Positions 10,437 through 20,845 of a stretch of 64,000 nt of DNA are shown here, one piece after another. A program made the position numbers and the translations under genes. Each line of letters starts with the position of its first letter. Within the stretch, counting starts at the first letter, position 1. Origin of the DNA: an uncultured Schleiferiaceae bacterium (GTDB lineage: Bacteria > Bacteroidota > Bacteroidia > Flavobacteriales > Schleiferiaceae); NCBI GenBank assembly GCA_965655695.1, contig CBFHHO010000008.1, positions 5,045 through 69,044 on the forward strand, read 5' to 3'. The notes below the pieces were generated by a model. The model had not been told where the DNA came from, did no database searches, and saw only the letters and a list, made by a program, of their open reading frames with translations.

Positions 10437-11144
10437 TTATTTGCGGTTATTACGTTTACCTCCACGACCACGAGCACCACCAGACTTGGTAGAACCTAAC
10501 TGGTTGCTAAGATCACGCTTACCATAAACTTCGCCTTTCATGATCCACACTTTGATACCTAAACGGCCATATGTAGTGTGAGCTTCACTCAGGTGATAAT
10601 CAATATCTGCACGGAAAGTACTCAATGGAGTACGACCGTCCTTGTACATTTCAGAACGAGCCATTTCAGCACCGTTGACACGACCAGAGATCAATACTTT
10701 GATTCCCTCTGCTCCCATACGCATTGCTGCTGAGATTGCCATTTTGATAGCGCGACGGTGACTAACACGACCTTCAATCTGACGCGCAATCGAATCTGCT
10801 ACCAATTTAGCATCAAGCTCAGGACGCTTGATCTCATAGATGTTGATCTGAACTTCCTTTCCAGTAAGCTTTTTCAACTCCTCTTTCAGCTTGTCTACTT
10901 CCTGACCACCTTTACCGATGATCACACCTGGACGAGCAGTAGTAACTGTAACAGTCACTAAGCGAAGTGTACGCTCAATGATGATACGGCTGATACTCGC
11001 TTTGGCGAGACGTGCGTACAAATACTTTCTGATCTTGGCATCCTCAGCGATTTTCTCACCATAGTTGCGACCACCGTACCACTGGCTATCCCAGCCGCGG
11101 ATGATTCCCAATCTATTGCCAATAGGGTTGGTTTTTTGTCCCAT
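10437..11144 (-). CDS. rpsC: 30S ribosomal protein S3
   Basis: The ORF track extends to 11177. The internal ATG at 11144 gives the canonical [20 protein letters not shown]... and removes the overlap with rplV. Confidence 0.95.
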   Translation of the reverse strand: MGQKTNPIGNRLGIIRGWDSQWYGGRNYGEKIAEDAKIRKYLYARLAKASISRIIIERTLRLVTVTVTTARPGVIIGKGGQEVDKLKEELKKLTGKEVQINIYEIKRPELDAKLVADSIARQIEGRVSHRRAIKMAISAAMRMGAEGIKVLISGRVNGAEMARSEMYKDGRTPLSTFRADIDYHLSEAHTTYGRLGIKVWIMKGEVYGKRDLSNQLGSTKSGGARGRGGKRNNRK

Positions 11145-11154
11145 GTTTCCCTTC

Positions 11155-11553
11155 TTAAGATTCTTTACTACCAACAATCAATGTCACATGGTTGCTACGC
11201 TTGCGAATGCGGTGCGCGCGACCTTGTGGAGCTGCCTGGATACGCTTGAGCATACGGCCGCTGTCTACACTGATCTCTTGAACTATCAAACCAGCCTCTT
11301 CGAGGTTAGCTCCTTCGTTTTTAGCTTGCCAATTGGCAATAGCGCTAAGGAGAAGTTTCTCCAAACGAAGTGACGCCTCTTTTGGGCTGTACTTAAGGAT
11401 GGCCAATGCCTTCTCTACCTCAACGCCACGAATCTGGTCTGCAACCAAACGCATTTTGCGAGGAGAAGTTGGGCAATCATTAAGCTTGGCAATTGCAATT
11501 GCTTTCTTCGCTGCCTTGAGCGCTTCAGCTGCTTGTCTTTTTCTAGCTCCCAT
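11155..11553 (-). CDS. rplV: 50S ribosomal protein L22
   Basis: 132 aa containing ...[14 protein letters not shown]...[18 protein letters not shown], typical of L22. Confidence 0.97.
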   Translation of the reverse strand: MGARKRQAAEALKAAKKAIAIAKLNDCPTSPRKMRLVADQIRGVEVEKALAILKYSPKEASLRLEKLLLSAIANWQAKNEGANLEEAGLIVQEISVDSGRMLKRIQAAPQGRAHRIRKRSNHVTLIVGSKES

Positions 11554-11559
11554 CTCTTA

Positions 11560-11826
11560 TTACTTCTTATTTTTTCCGTGACCACGGAAGTTACGAGTTG
11601 GAGAGAACTCACCTAGCTTGTGACCTACCATGTTTTCTGTTACGTAAACAGGTACGAAAGTCTTTCCATTGTGAACTCCTATTGTCTGCCCAACGAAATC
11701 CGGAGAGATCATTGACGCACGAGACCAAGTTTTGATCACAGTATTCTTACCGCTTTCCACATTAGCGAGAACTTTCTTCTCGAGTTTGTAGTGGATGTAA
11801 GGTCCTTTTTTAAGCGAACGTGCCAT
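11560..11826 (-). CDS. rpsS: 30S ribosomal protein S19
   Basis: 88 aa starting [15 protein letters not shown]...[25 protein letters not shown], typical of S19. Confidence 0.98.
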   Translation of the reverse strand: MARSLKKGPYIHYKLEKKVLANVESGKNTVIKTWSRASMISPDFVGQTIGVHNGKTFVPVYVTENMVGHKLGEFSPTRNFRGHGKNKK

Positions 11827-11837
11827 ATACTTTCAGA

Positions 11838-12662
11838 TTATTTCTTTCTACGTTCGATGATATACTTATTTGTAGCCTTCTTAGGCGCGCGAGTTTTGTA
11901 ACCCTTAGCTGGAATACCGTTGCGCGAACGAGGGTGACCCCCTGACGCACGGCCTTCACCACCACCCATTGGGTGGTCAACCGGGTTCATAACTACACCA
12001 CGTACACGTGGGCGACGACCTTGCCATCTGCTACGACCAGCTTTACCGCTAACTTGAAGCATGTGCTCAGAGTTACTTACGGTACCGATAGTTGCCATAC
12101 ATGTAGTCAGAATCATACGAGTCTCACCTGACGGCAACTTAACGATCGCATACTTACCCTCACGTGCTACCAGCTGCGCGAATGTTCCTGCCGAACGTGC
12201 AATGATTGCACCTTGACCTGGACGCATCTCGATGTTAGAGATGATAGTACCTAGTGGAATTTCGCTTAGAAGAAGTGCATTCCCTACTTCAGGGGCAGCG
12301 CCTTCACCGCTCACTAGTTTATCACCAACCTTAACACCAGCAACAGCTACTGAGTAACGCTTTTCACCGTCAGCATACACTAACAACATCAAAAACGCAG
12401 AACGTAGTGGATCGTATTCGATTGATTTGACAGTAGCAGGGACACCGAACTTGTCACGCTTAAAGTCTACTGTACGTACTTTTTGCTTGTGGCCACCACC
12501 AACGTAACGCATAGTCATGCGTCCGCTGTTGTTACGACCACCGCTCTTGGTCTTACCCTTCACGAGGGATTTCTCTGGTTTCGCTGCCGTAACTTGCTCA
12601 AAGTCGTTGACTACACGAAAACGCTGACCAGGAGTAATTGGTTTTAATTTCTTTACACCCAT
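11838..12662 (-). CDS. rplB: 50S ribosomal protein L2
   Basis: 274 aa containing ...[20 protein letters not shown]..., the L2 hallmark. Confidence 0.98.
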   Translation of the reverse strand: MGVKKLKPITPGQRFRVVNDFEQVTAAKPEKSLVKGKTKSGGRNNSGRMTMRYVGGGHKQKVRTVDFKRDKFGVPATVKSIEYDPLRSAFLMLLVYADGEKRYSVAVAGVKVGDKLVSGEGAAPEVGNALLLSEIPLGTIISNIEMRPGQGAIIARSAGTFAQLVAREGKYAIVKLPSGETRMILTTCMATIGTVSNSEHMLQVSGKAGRSRWQGRRPRVRGVVMNPVDHPMGGGEGRASGGHPRSRNGIPAKGYKTRAPKKATNKYIIERRKK

Positions 12663-12667
12663 TGTAA

Positions 12668-12958
12668 TTAGATATTACCGTATAAATCGATGGTCTCACC
12701 ACCTGCTACCTTCACCATTGCTTTCTTATAAGCAGGCTTTCTTCCACGTACCAAACCAGCTTTTGTATACTTCGTTTGGAATTTGGCTGGAACGATTGCA
12801 GTGCGAACACTCTCTACACTTACGCCATAGAATGCTTCTACAGCTTTCTTAATCTCAACCTTGTTAGCTGATCGAGCTACCTCGAAAGCGTACACATTTA
12901 AGTCTTCGCTTTGCGCAGTCGCCTTCTCAGTAATGATTGGTTTAACTAAAATATTCAT
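12668..12958 (-). CDS. rplW: 50S ribosomal protein L23
   Basis: 96 aa lying between rplD and rplB, with L23-like sequence. Confidence 0.96.
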   Translation of the reverse strand: MNILVKPIITEKATAQSEDLNVYAFEVARSANKVEIKKAVEAFYGVSVESVRTAIVPAKFQTKYTKAGLVRGRKPAYKKAMVKVAGGETIDLYGNI

Positions 12959-12965
12959 AGCTCAA

Positions 12966-13592
12966 TTAGCTTAAAATCGCTGTTACTTTTTCAACTGCAC
13001 CTTCTGACATAACCACTGTTGAAGCGTTCATTATATCGTAAGTACTTAATTCTGAAGAGTTTACAACTTTAACCCCTTCTAAATTGCGGGATGACAAATA
13101 TAGGTTTTTATCGTAATCTCCAAGTATGAAGAGCGACTTTTTATTGTTTAAACCTAAGGCAGCCAATACGTTCTGGAAACTTTTCGTCTTAGGAGTCTCG
13201 AACGTGAAGTTCTCAACCACCTTCAAATTCTCCTGTTTTACTTTGAGTGACAAAGCTGAACGACGAGCGAGTTGCTTCACTTTCTTGTTCAATTTGAACC
13301 CGTAGTTGCGAGGGCGAGGTCCGAAGACTGTACCACCACCACGTTGGATTGGAGATCTCATAGAACCTGCACGCGCGCCACCAGTACCTTTTTGCTTGTG
13401 GTGCTTCTTCGTAGTACGGTTAATCTCACCGCGCTCTTTAGATTTGTGCGTACCCTGACGTGCGTTCGCGAGGAACTGCTTTACGTCTAAGTAAATGCTA
13501 TGATCGTTTGCTTCAATACCGAATACAGACGCGTCTAACTTGACGCTCTTTGCGGTTTCTTTACCGTTGATGTCTAATACCTTGAAATCCAT
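12966..13592 (-). CDS. rplD: 50S ribosomal protein L4
   Basis: 208 aa containing ...KQKGTGGARAGSMRSPIQRGGGTVFGPRPR..., the L4 hallmark. Confidence 0.98.
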   Translation of the reverse strand: MDFKVLDINGKETAKSVKLDASVFGIEANDHSIYLDVKQFLANARQGTHKSKERGEINRTTKKHHKQKGTGGARAGSMRSPIQRGGGTVFGPRPRNYGFKLNKKVKQLARRSALSLKVKQENLKVVENFTFETPKTKSFQNVLAALGLNNKKSLFILGDYDKNLYLSSRNLEGVKVVNSSELSTYDIMNASTVVMSEGAVEKVTAILS

Positions 13593-14209
13593 TACTTCTC
13601 GATAATTACGGTTGAATTCTTAGCTCCTGGAACAGAGCCTTTAACTACGAGCAAGTTCTTCTCTGCATCAACTTTCAAAACCATTAAGTTTTGAACTTTA
13701 GCACGCTTGCCACCCATACGACCGGCCATGCGCATGCCTTTGAATACGCGAGAAGGGTCAGAACCTGCACCAATCGAACCTGGCGCACGTAGACGGTTGT
13801 GCTGACCGTGGGTCGCTTGACCTACACCGGCAAAACCGTGACGCTTAACTACCCCTTGGAAACCCTTACCTTTTGAAGTACCAGCAACATCTACGAAGTC
13901 GCCTTCCTCAAAAAGATCAGCACTGAGCACTTGGCCCAAAACGATTTCTCCTTCGAAGTCTGTAAATTCAACGAATTTTTTCTTAGCAGAGGTACTAGCT
14001 TTCTGTACGTGCCCTTGCAATGCTTTAGAGGTGTTTTTGTCTTTCGCCTCGCCCCAGCCTAGCTGGACAGCATTGTAACCATCGACATCTTCAGTCTTGA
14101 TTTGAGTAACCACACATGGACCTACTTCTAGTACGGTACATGGAAGGTTCTTACCCTCTGAACTGTAAATGCTGGTCATTCCGACTTTTTTACCAATTAA
14201 TCCTGGCAT
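13592..14209 (-). CDS. rplC: 50S ribosomal protein L3
   Basis: 205 aa starting [15 protein letters not shown]...[14 protein letters not shown], the L3 hallmark. Confidence 0.98.
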   Translation of the reverse strand: MPGLIGKKVGMTSIYSSEGKNLPCTVLEVGPCVVTQIKTEDVDGYNAVQLGWGEAKDKNTSKALQGHVQKASTSAKKKFVEFTDFEGEIVLGQVLSADLFEEGDFVDVAGTSKGKGFQGVVKRHGFAGVGQATHGQHNRLRAPGSIGAGSDPSRVFKGMRMAGRMGGKRAKVQNLMVLKVDAEKNLLVVKGSVPGAKNSTVIIEK

Positions 14210-14238
14210 CTTTTCTGGAATTTAAATTTAGTCTACTG

Positions 14239-14544
14239 TTAGACCTTGATTTCTACTTCTACTCCACTCGGCAACTCTAACTTCATCAATGCATCAATGG
14301 TCTTAGATGATGATGAGTAGATGTCCAACAAACGCTTGTAATTGCTTAGCTGGAACTGCTCGCGTGATTTTTTGTTTACGTGTGGTGAGCGGAGCACCGT
14401 GTAAATACGCTTGTTTGTAGGAAGCGGGATTGGCCCGTTTACTACTGCGCCGGTACTCTTCACAGTCTTAACGATCTTCTCAGCAGACTTATCTACTAGA
14501 TTGTGATCGTACGACTTAAGCTTGATGCGAATTTTTTGACTCAT
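14239..14544 (-). CDS. rpsJ: 30S ribosomal protein S10
   Basis: 101 aa starting [20 protein letters not shown]..., typical of S10. Confidence 0.98.
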   Translation of the reverse strand: MSQKIRIKLKSYDHNLVDKSAEKIVKTVKSTGAVVNGPIPLPTNKRIYTVLRSPHVNKKSREQFQLSNYKRLLDIYSSSSKTIDALMKLELPSGVEVEIKV

Positions 14545-14556
14545 TGTAGTCTATTA

Positions 14557-16662
14557 TTAAGCTTTTGATTCTTCAATTACCTTCTCTGAAATACTGCTTG
14601 GAGTCTCTGCGTAGTGAGAGAACACCATAGTAGATGCAGCACGACCAGAGCTCAACGTACGTAACGTGGTTACGTAACCGAACATTTCTGATAATGGCAC
14701 ATCGCCTTTAACAACCTTAGCAGCGTTACGATCTGACATGTCGTTTACTTGACCACGACGACGGTTCAAATCACCAACGATATCTCCCATGTACTCTTCA
14801 GGTGTAACTACCTCAATTTTCATGATAGGCTCCATGATGACTGGAGACGCTTTCTTAGCAGATTCTTTGAAACCTAGTTTCGCAGCAAGTTCGAAAGACA
14901 ATTGGTCAGAATCCACAGGGTGGAAACCACCATCTTTCAATACCACTTTCACGCTATCGATGTTAAATCCTGCCAATGGCCCGTTAGACAATGAAGCTTT
15001 GAAACCATTTTCAACTGAAGGGATAAATTCTTTAGGAACGTTACCACCTTTTACTTCATTTACGAACTGTAGACCTTCGCCTTCGAAATCCTCATCCACT
15101 GGAGAGATTTCAAATACGATATCAGCAAATTTACCGCGACCACCCGTTTGTTTCTTGTAAACCTCACGGTGGCTAGCAGATCCTTTAAGAGCTTCCTTGT
15201 ACTCTACCTGTGGCTCACCAACGTTCACCTCTACCTTGAATTCACGCTTCATACGGTCGATCAAGATATCTAGGTGAAGCTCACCCATACCAGAGATAAT
15301 GGTCTGGCCTGATGCTTCGTCCGTTTGAACACGGAACGTAGGATCCTCTTCAGAAAGCTTTGCAAGTGCAGTACCCATCTTATCTACATCTGCCTTTGAC
15401 TTCGGCTCAACAGCGATACCAATCACCGGCTCAGGGAATGTCATAGACTCAAGAACGATAGGCGCTTTTTCGTCACAAAGTGTATCACCTGTACGGATGT
15501 CTTTGAAACCAACGCCTGCACCGATATCACCAGCAGTGATCTGATCGATCGGCTCCTGCTTGTTAGAGTGCATTTGGAAGATACGAGAGATACGCTCTTT
15601 TTTACCTGAACGCGTGTTCTTCACGTAAGAACCAGCATCAAGGAAACCAGAGTAGACACGGAAGAAACACAAACGACCAACGAACGGGTCAGTTGCGATC
15701 TTAAATGCCAAAGCCGAGAACGGCTCGTCAACTGATGGCTGGCGAGTATCTGCATCACCTGTATCAGGATCAGTTCCTTCGATAGCCTCAACATCCAATG
15801 GAGACGGCAAGTAGCGCATTACTGCATCTAGCATTGCCTGAACACCTTTATTCTTAAATGCAGAACCACACATCATAGGAATGATGCTCATATCGATAGT
15901 TGCAGCACGTAGAGCAGCGATGATTTCATCTTCAGTGATGCTGTCTTCGTCTTCGAAGAACTTCTCCATCAATGTCTCATCGTACTCAGCTACCGCTTCG
16001 ATAAGCTCTGCACGTTTTTCATTTACAGTATCAAGAAGATCAGCTGGGATCTCGATTTCTTCATAGGTCATCCCCATGTCGTCTTCGTTCCAAACGATCG
16101 CTTTCTTGCTGATCAGATCGATAACCCCTTTGAATTCAGCTTCATCACCGATAGGTACTTGAAGAGCAACCGGGTTACCACCCAACATCTCTTTTACCTG
16201 ACGACATACATTGAAGAAGTCTGCACCCTGACGGTCCATCTTATTTACAAAACCAAGACGTGGTACGCGGTATTTGTCCGCCTGACGCCATACAGTTTCA
16301 GATTGTGGCTCTACACCATCAACCGCAGAGAACAATGCAACAACACCGTCCAACACACGTAATGAACGCTCTACCTCTACAGTAAAGTCAACGTGCCCTG
16401 GAGTATCGATAATGTTGATCTCGTACGCTTGATTATTGTAACGCCACTCACAGTGTGTTGCAGCCGAAGTAATGGTAATACCACGCTCCTGCTCTTGCTC
16501 CATCCAATCCATGGTAGCTGCACCATCGTGTACCTCACCAATCTTGTGACTTACACCTGTGTAATATAGAATACGCTCAGTCGTAGTCGTCTTACCTGCA
16601 TCAATGTGAGCAGCAATACCGATGTTACGAGTGAACTTTAAATCTCTGTTTCCTTTAGCCAT
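14557..16662 (-). CDS. fusA: translation elongation factor G
   Basis: 701 aa with a GTPase G1 motif (AHIDAGKTT), DTPGH and NKMD motifs. Position between rpsG and rpsJ. Confidence 0.98.
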   Translation of the reverse strand: MAKGNRDLKFTRNIGIAAHIDAGKTTTTERILYYTGVSHKIGEVHDGAATMDWMEQEQERGITITSAATHCEWRYNNQAYEINIIDTPGHVDFTVEVERSLRVLDGVVALFSAVDGVEPQSETVWRQADKYRVPRLGFVNKMDRQGADFFNVCRQVKEMLGGNPVALQVPIGDEAEFKGVIDLISKKAIVWNEDDMGMTYEEIEIPADLLDTVNEKRAELIEAVAEYDETLMEKFFEDEDSITEDEIIAALRAATIDMSIIPMMCGSAFKNKGVQAMLDAVMRYLPSPLDVEAIEGTDPDTGDADTRQPSVDEPFSALAFKIATDPFVGRLCFFRVYSGFLDAGSYVKNTRSGKKERISRIFQMHSNKQEPIDQITAGDIGAGVGFKDIRTGDTLCDEKAPIVLESMTFPEPVIGIAVEPKSKADVDKMGTALAKLSEEDPTFRVQTDEASGQTIISGMGELHLDILIDRMKREFKVEVNVGEPQVEYKEALKGSASHREVYKKQTGGRGKFADIVFEISPVDEDFEGEGLQFVNEVKGGNVPKEFIPSVENGFKASLSNGPLAGFNIDSVKVVLKDGGFHPVDSDQLSFELAAKLGFKESAKKASPVIMEPIMKIEVVTPEEYMGDIVGDLNRRRGQVNDMSDRNAAKVVKGDVPLSEMFGYVTTLRTLSSGRAASTMVFSHYAETPSSISEKVIEESKA

Positions 16663-16674
16663 GATAATCTACTA

Positions 16675-17142
16675 TTAGAATCTGAAGTGTGAGAATGCTT
16701 TGTTTGCTTCAGCCATACGGTGTACCTCTGTACGCTTTTTAACTGCAGCACCTTCTTCTTTCGAAGCAGCGATAATCTCAGCGGCTAGCTTTTGTGCCAT
16801 TGAGCGCTCGTTGCGACCACGTGCGTAAGAAATCATCCACTTCATTCCGAGGGTGACTTTACGATCTGGACGAACTTGCATTGGGATTTGGAAGTTTGCA
16901 CCACCCACGCGACGGCTACGTACTTCTACGTGCGGCATCACATTGTTCAGGGCTTCTTTCCAAGTCTCTAGACCATTTCCTTCTGTCTTCTCAGACACGA
17001 TATCGATAGCATCATAGAAAATGTTAAAGGCGATTGACTTCTTGCCGTCTAACATCAAGTTGTTTACGAAACGTGTTACTAGCGTGTCGTTAAACTTTGG
17101 ATCCGGTAGTAACGGACGCTTTTTAGCTCTTGCTTTTCTCAT
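16675..17142 (-). CDS. rpsG: 30S ribosomal protein S7
   Basis: 155 aa starting MRKARAKKRPLLPDPKFND..., typical of S7. Confidence 0.98.
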   Translation of the reverse strand: MRKARAKKRPLLPDPKFNDTLVTRFVNNLMLDGKKSIAFNIFYDAIDIVSEKTEGNGLETWKEALNNVMPHVEVRSRRVGGANFQIPMQVRPDRKVTLGMKWMISYARGRNERSMAQKLAAEIIAASKEEGAAVKKRTEVHRMAEANKAFSHFRF

Positions 17143-17163
17143 GAGTTCTTATGTCTGAGTGTA

Positions 17164-17544
17164 TTATTTTTTGACTTTAGGACGCTTAGCTCCGTACTTC
17201 GAGCGGCGTTGAGTTCTTCCGTCTACACCTGCAGTATCGAGTGCGCCACGTACAATGTGGTAGCGAACCCCTGGTAAATCCTTGACACGACCTCCACGAA
17301 CGAGCACGATACTGTGCTCTTGTAGGTTGTGCCCTTCTCCACCGATGTAGGCATTAACTTCATTTCCATTTGAGAGACGCACCCTTGCCACCTTACGCAT
17401 TGCCGAATTTGGTTTTTTCGGCGTCGTTGTGTAGACACGAGTACATACACCCCTGCGTTGTGGGCAGGAATCCAGCGCAGCAGATTTACTCTTTTGTTTG
17501 ATCTGTTTGCGACCTTTTCTTACAAGCTGTTGAATCGTTGGCAT
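17164..17544 (-). CDS. rpsL: 30S ribosomal protein S12
   Basis: 126 aa starting [12 protein letters not shown]...[16 protein letters not shown]..., the S12 hallmark. Confidence 0.98.
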   Translation of the reverse strand: MPTIQQLVRKGRKQIKQKSKSAALDSCPQRRGVCTRVYTTTPKKPNSAMRKVARVRLSNGNEVNAYIGGEGHNLQEHSIVLVRGGRVKDLPGVRYHIVRGALDTAGVDGRTQRRSKYGAKRPKVKK

Positions 17545-17603
17545 ACGTACCTTTTGATTTCTAGTTTATTCCAATAATCAGTTACCCCATTTTTTGGGGA
17601 CTG

Positions 17604-17611
17604 CAAATGTA
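17604..17611 (-). promoter_or_regulatory. candidate Bacteroidota -7 promoter box (TAcaTTTG) for the rpsL operon
   Basis: The minus strand reads TACATTTG, matching the TAnnTTTG consensus, about 60 nt upstream of the rpsL ATG. I found no convincing -33 TTTG. Confidence 0.3.
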
Positions 17612-17627
17612 GTGGAAATATTTCCAC
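17612..17627. repeat. perfect 16-bp palindrome GTGGAAATATTTCCAC in the rpsL/helicase divergent intergenic region
   Basis: Read directly; the sequence is self-complementary over all 16 nt. It abuts the candidate rpsL -7 box. Confidence 0.9.
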
Positions 17628-17750
17628 ATCCAAGCTTAGCGGGAGCAAAATAATTGGCTAAGAATGAAATAATTAAGCTTTGTGTTGAAAAGCGAGGATA
17701 AATACTCGTCGATGGTATATGCTTTCTATTGTATAAGCGAACGGATTAGG

Positions 17751-17758
17751 TAACTTTG
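17751..17758 (+). promoter_or_regulatory. candidate -7 promoter box (TAacTTTG) for the helicase operon
   Basis: TAACTTTG matches TAnnTTTG, 30 nt upstream of the helicase start at 17788. Confidence 0.35.
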
Positions 17759-17787
17759 TTGTTCTGTCTATTTAACAGCAACATTCC

Positions 17788-20187
17788 TTGGCACATTTTT
17801 TAGATCAACTCAACGAAGCACAGCGTAAGGCTGCCATGCAAACGGAAGGACCTGTGATGGTGATTGCGGGTGCTGGATCGGGCAAAACCCGTGTGCTGAC
17901 CTTTCGCATAGCCTACTTATTAGAGAAAGGCGTGGATGCCTTCAATATTTTGTCTTTGACCTTTACTAATAAGGCCGCACGTGAGATGAAAGAGCGTATC
18001 GGTAAGATGGTGGGCGACAGTGAGGCGAAGAACCTTTGGATGGGAACGTTTCACAGCGTGTTCGCGAGGATCTTGCGGAGTGAAGCGGAAAAATTGGGCT
18101 ATCCTACGAATTTCACGATTTATGATGCAGATGATGCCAAGAAGGTCGTCACCAACATCATTAAGGAGAAGAATCTAGACAAAGAGATTTATAAGGCGAA
18201 GGGGGTGACCTCAAGGATCAGTTCGTTGAAGAATAACCTGATTACGCCCAAGGCCTATTTCCAGAACGGAGAATTACAGGCACAGGACAGTTCAGCGAAG
18301 ATGCCCATGTTTGGGGAAATCTATCAGGCGTATTGCGAGCGGTGTTTTAGAGCCGGGTGTATGGACTTTGATGATTTGCTCTTGAAGACCAATGAGCTGA
18401 TGTATAAGTTTCCGGATGTGCTTGCGAAGTACCAGGCACGATTCAAGTACATCTTAGTGGACGAGTACCAGGATACGAATCACAGTCAATATTTGATTGT
18501 AAAAGCGTTAGCGGCGAAGTTCGAGAACATTTGTATTGTGGGGGATGATGCCCAAAGTATCTATGCTTTTCGCGGGGCTAACATTAGAAACATACTCAAT
18601 TTCCAAAAGGACTATCCGGATACGAAGTTGTTTAAATTGGAACAGAATTACCGTTCTACTGATAACATTGTGCAGGCTGCCAATAGCATCATCGCGAAGA
18701 ATAAAGACCAGATTCAAAAAAATGTCTGGACGCAGAATACGAGTGGAGAAAAAATTGTGGTGCATAAAAGCATCTCGGATACTGATGAAGGGAATTATGT
18801 AGCGACGAACGTATGGCAGACCGCCATGAATGAAGGTGCGAAACACGATGATTTCTGTATTCTGTATCGAACAAATGCGCAGAGCCGGAGTTTTGAAGAT
18901 GCGCTACGAAAAAAGAACATTCCTTATAAGATTTACGGTGGACTGAGCTTTTACCAGCGCAAGGAGATCAAAGATGTACTTTCCTATTTACGTTTGGTGA
19001 TTAATCCGAAGGATGAAGAAGCTTTTAGGCGTGTGATCAATTATCCGGCGCGCGGGATAGGTGCAACGACACTCGCAAAGCTGACCCTTGCCGCTGAGCA
19101 ACACGGGTTGTCGCTTTGGGAAACTTGTGAAAAGTTGCAGACACTGCCCACGGGACTCAACAAGCCGACGATCAAGAAGATTCATGATTTTACCATTCTC
19201 ATCAACTCCTTTGCCGTTTTAGCGAAGCAACATGAGGCGTTTGACGTGGTGGCTCACGTGGCCAAAAGTGTGGGACTGATCAAGGTGTTGGGAGAAGACA
19301 AGACACCAGAAGGTGTCACCCGCTACGAGAACGTGCAGGAGCTCTTGAATGGAATCAAGGACTTTACGGAGCAGCAAAAAGAATTGGCCGATGGAGATCC
19401 TTCTCTAGCGAATTTCCTTTCTGATGTAGCACTACTTACCGATCGAGATAATGAAGTGGACGACGGCACACCGAAAGTGAGCATGATGACCATTCACCTC
19501 GCGAAGGGGTTGGAATATCCATATGTATATGTGGTGGGGATGGAAGAGAATTTGTTCCCCTCGATGATGAGCAGTGGATCGCGTAGTGAGCTTGAGGAAG
19601 AACGCCGATTGTTTTATGTTGCCTTAACTCGGGCGGAGAAACGCGCGCATTTGACCTATGCCCATACGAGGTACCGCTGGGGGAAATTGATCGATTGTGA
19701 ACCGTCGAGGTTTATCGACGAGATCGATGAAAAGTTTGTGGACATCCAGGTACCCGATTTTGCACCCACCTCCTTTTCTTCCTCAGCCTTGGATAGCGCA
19801 TTTGGCGGTGGTTTCGGAGGTGGATCTAGCCAGAAGGGACAAACCGTATATAAGGGGAGTAATAAAAATTGGGGTTCGAAAAATTCTGGACAAGGAAAGA
19901 AAGTCAAGAATACTGGACCAGGCGCAGAGACTCCAAAGAAGAAACCTACCTTGCGCGGAAAGGAACTCACTCCTGTGAACAGGGCTGGCGCAAGTTTTGA
20001 AGCCAGCGGAGATAACCTTTCGCGCGAACAAATGTCAGAGGGTATGCGTGTTGTGCACGGACGCTTCGGCTTGGGTACCATCAAAGCCCTTGAAGGTGAA
20101 GGTGCGGATGCGAAAGCCATCATCACGTTCGACAATGCAGGTGAAAAGCGATTGTTGCTAAAATTTGCAAAGGTGCGGGCGGTCTAA
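17788..20187 (+). CDS. UvrD/Rep/PcrA-family ATP-dependent DNA helicase (superfamily 1)
   Basis: 799 aa with a Q-motif/Walker A (LNEAQRKAA...GAGSGKT), DEYQDTN (motif II), QNYRS and other SF1 motifs. It has a Gly-rich linker and a C-terminal Tudor-like module (GMRVVHGRFGLGTI). The start codon is TTG, because the first in-frame ATG would remove the Q-motif. Confidence 0.93.
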   Translation: MAHFLDQLNEAQRKAAMQTEGPVMVIAGAGSGKTRVLTFRIAYLLEKGVDAFNILSLTFTNKAAREMKERIGKMVGDSEAKNLWMGTFHSVFARILRSEAEKLGYPTNFTIYDADDAKKVVTNIIKEKNLDKEIYKAKGVTSRISSLKNNLITPKAYFQNGELQAQDSSAKMPMFGEIYQAYCERCFRAGCMDFDDLLLKTNELMYKFPDVLAKYQARFKYILVDEYQDTNHSQYLIVKALAAKFENICIVGDDAQSIYAFRGANIRNILNFQKDYPDTKLFKLEQNYRSTDNIVQAANSIIAKNKDQIQKNVWTQNTSGEKIVVHKSISDTDEGNYVATNVWQTAMNEGAKHDDFCILYRTNAQSRSFEDALRKKNIPYKIYGGLSFYQRKEIKDVLSYLRLVINPKDEEAFRRVINYPARGIGATTLAKLTLAAEQHGLSLWETCEKLQTLPTGLNKPTIKKIHDFTILINSFAVLAKQHEAFDVVAHVAKSVGLIKVLGEDKTPEGVTRYENVQELLNGIKDFTEQQKELADGDPSLANFLSDVALLTDRDNEVDDGTPKVSMMTIHLAKGLEYPYVYVVGMEENLFPSMMSSGSRSELEEERRLFYVALTRAEKRAHLTYAHTRYRWGKLIDCEPSRFIDEIDEKFVDIQVPDFAPTSFSSSALDSAFGGGFGGGSSQKGQTVYKGSNKNWGSKNSGQGKKVKNTGPGAETPKKKPTLRGKELTPVNRAGASFEASGDNLSREQMSEGMRVVHGRFGLGTIKALEGEGADAKAIITFDNAGEKRLLLKFAKVRAV

Positions 20188-20212
20188 TCAAAGAATTTAC
20201 TTAATTGAAGTC

Positions 20213-20842
20213 ATGGAATACAATACCGAGCGATCGTTGCTCAAAATACCTGAATACGGGCGTAACGTACAACGCATGGTGGATTACTGCCTTACTATAG
20301 AGGACAGAGAACACCGCAGTAAGGTAGCTCAAAGCATTATCGATGTGATCGGTAACCTCAATCCTGCGATTCGTGATGCGCCGGACTACGCGCACAAACT
20401 TTGGGATCACCTCTTTATCATGTCCGATTTCAAGCTAGACGTGGACTGCCCCTATCCTATCCCTACAGAGGAAAGTTTCGATGGGCGGCCAGATGAAGTA
20501 CCGTATCCTAAAAAGAGTCGAAAGTTTCGCCACTATGGTTCAGTTGTAAAAACCATGATCACCCAAGCTCGTGCAATGGAGTCCGGCGAAGAAAAAGAAG
20601 CACTCACTTACGGGATTGCCTATGCCATGAAACGGAGCTACCTGAAGTTCAATAAGGACACCGTCAGTGATGAAACCATCCTTGCAGATTTGAGCGAGAT
20701 GAGCGAAGGAGAATTGGCCTTGACAGAGTTTGAGTTACCGCATGCAAAAGCCTTCAACATAACTGCCGCAGAGCGCAACCTCGGAGCAAAGAAGAAGAGC
20801 TACAATAATCACAATCAGAAGAAAAAGAAAAGGAGATACTAA
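20213..20842 (+). CDS. DUF4290-family protein (conserved Bacteroidota protein upstream of murA)
   Basis: The ORF track starts at 20165, inside the helicase gene. I use the ATG at 20213 (MEYNTERSLLKIPEYGRNVQRMVDY...). It has a basic tail (KKKSYNNHNQKKKKRRY). The family name is assigned from memory of the conserved N-terminus and the murA synteny. Confidence 0.7.
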   Translation: MEYNTERSLLKIPEYGRNVQRMVDYCLTIEDREHRSKVAQSIIDVIGNLNPAIRDAPDYAHKLWDHLFIMSDFKLDVDCPYPIPTEESFDGRPDEVPYPKKSRKFRHYGSVVKTMITQARAMESGEEKEALTYGIAYAMKRSYLKFNKDTVSDETILADLSEMSEGELALTEFELPHAKAFNITAAERNLGAKKKSYNNHNQKKKKRRY

Positions 20843-20845
20843 TAG

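Noticed and set aside
17789-17803. TGGCACatttttTAG at the helicase start
   Set aside because: It resembles a -24 box, but the -12 position has no G/C at the required spacing. It also overlaps the TTG start codon itself, so it is not a plausible sigma-54 promoter.
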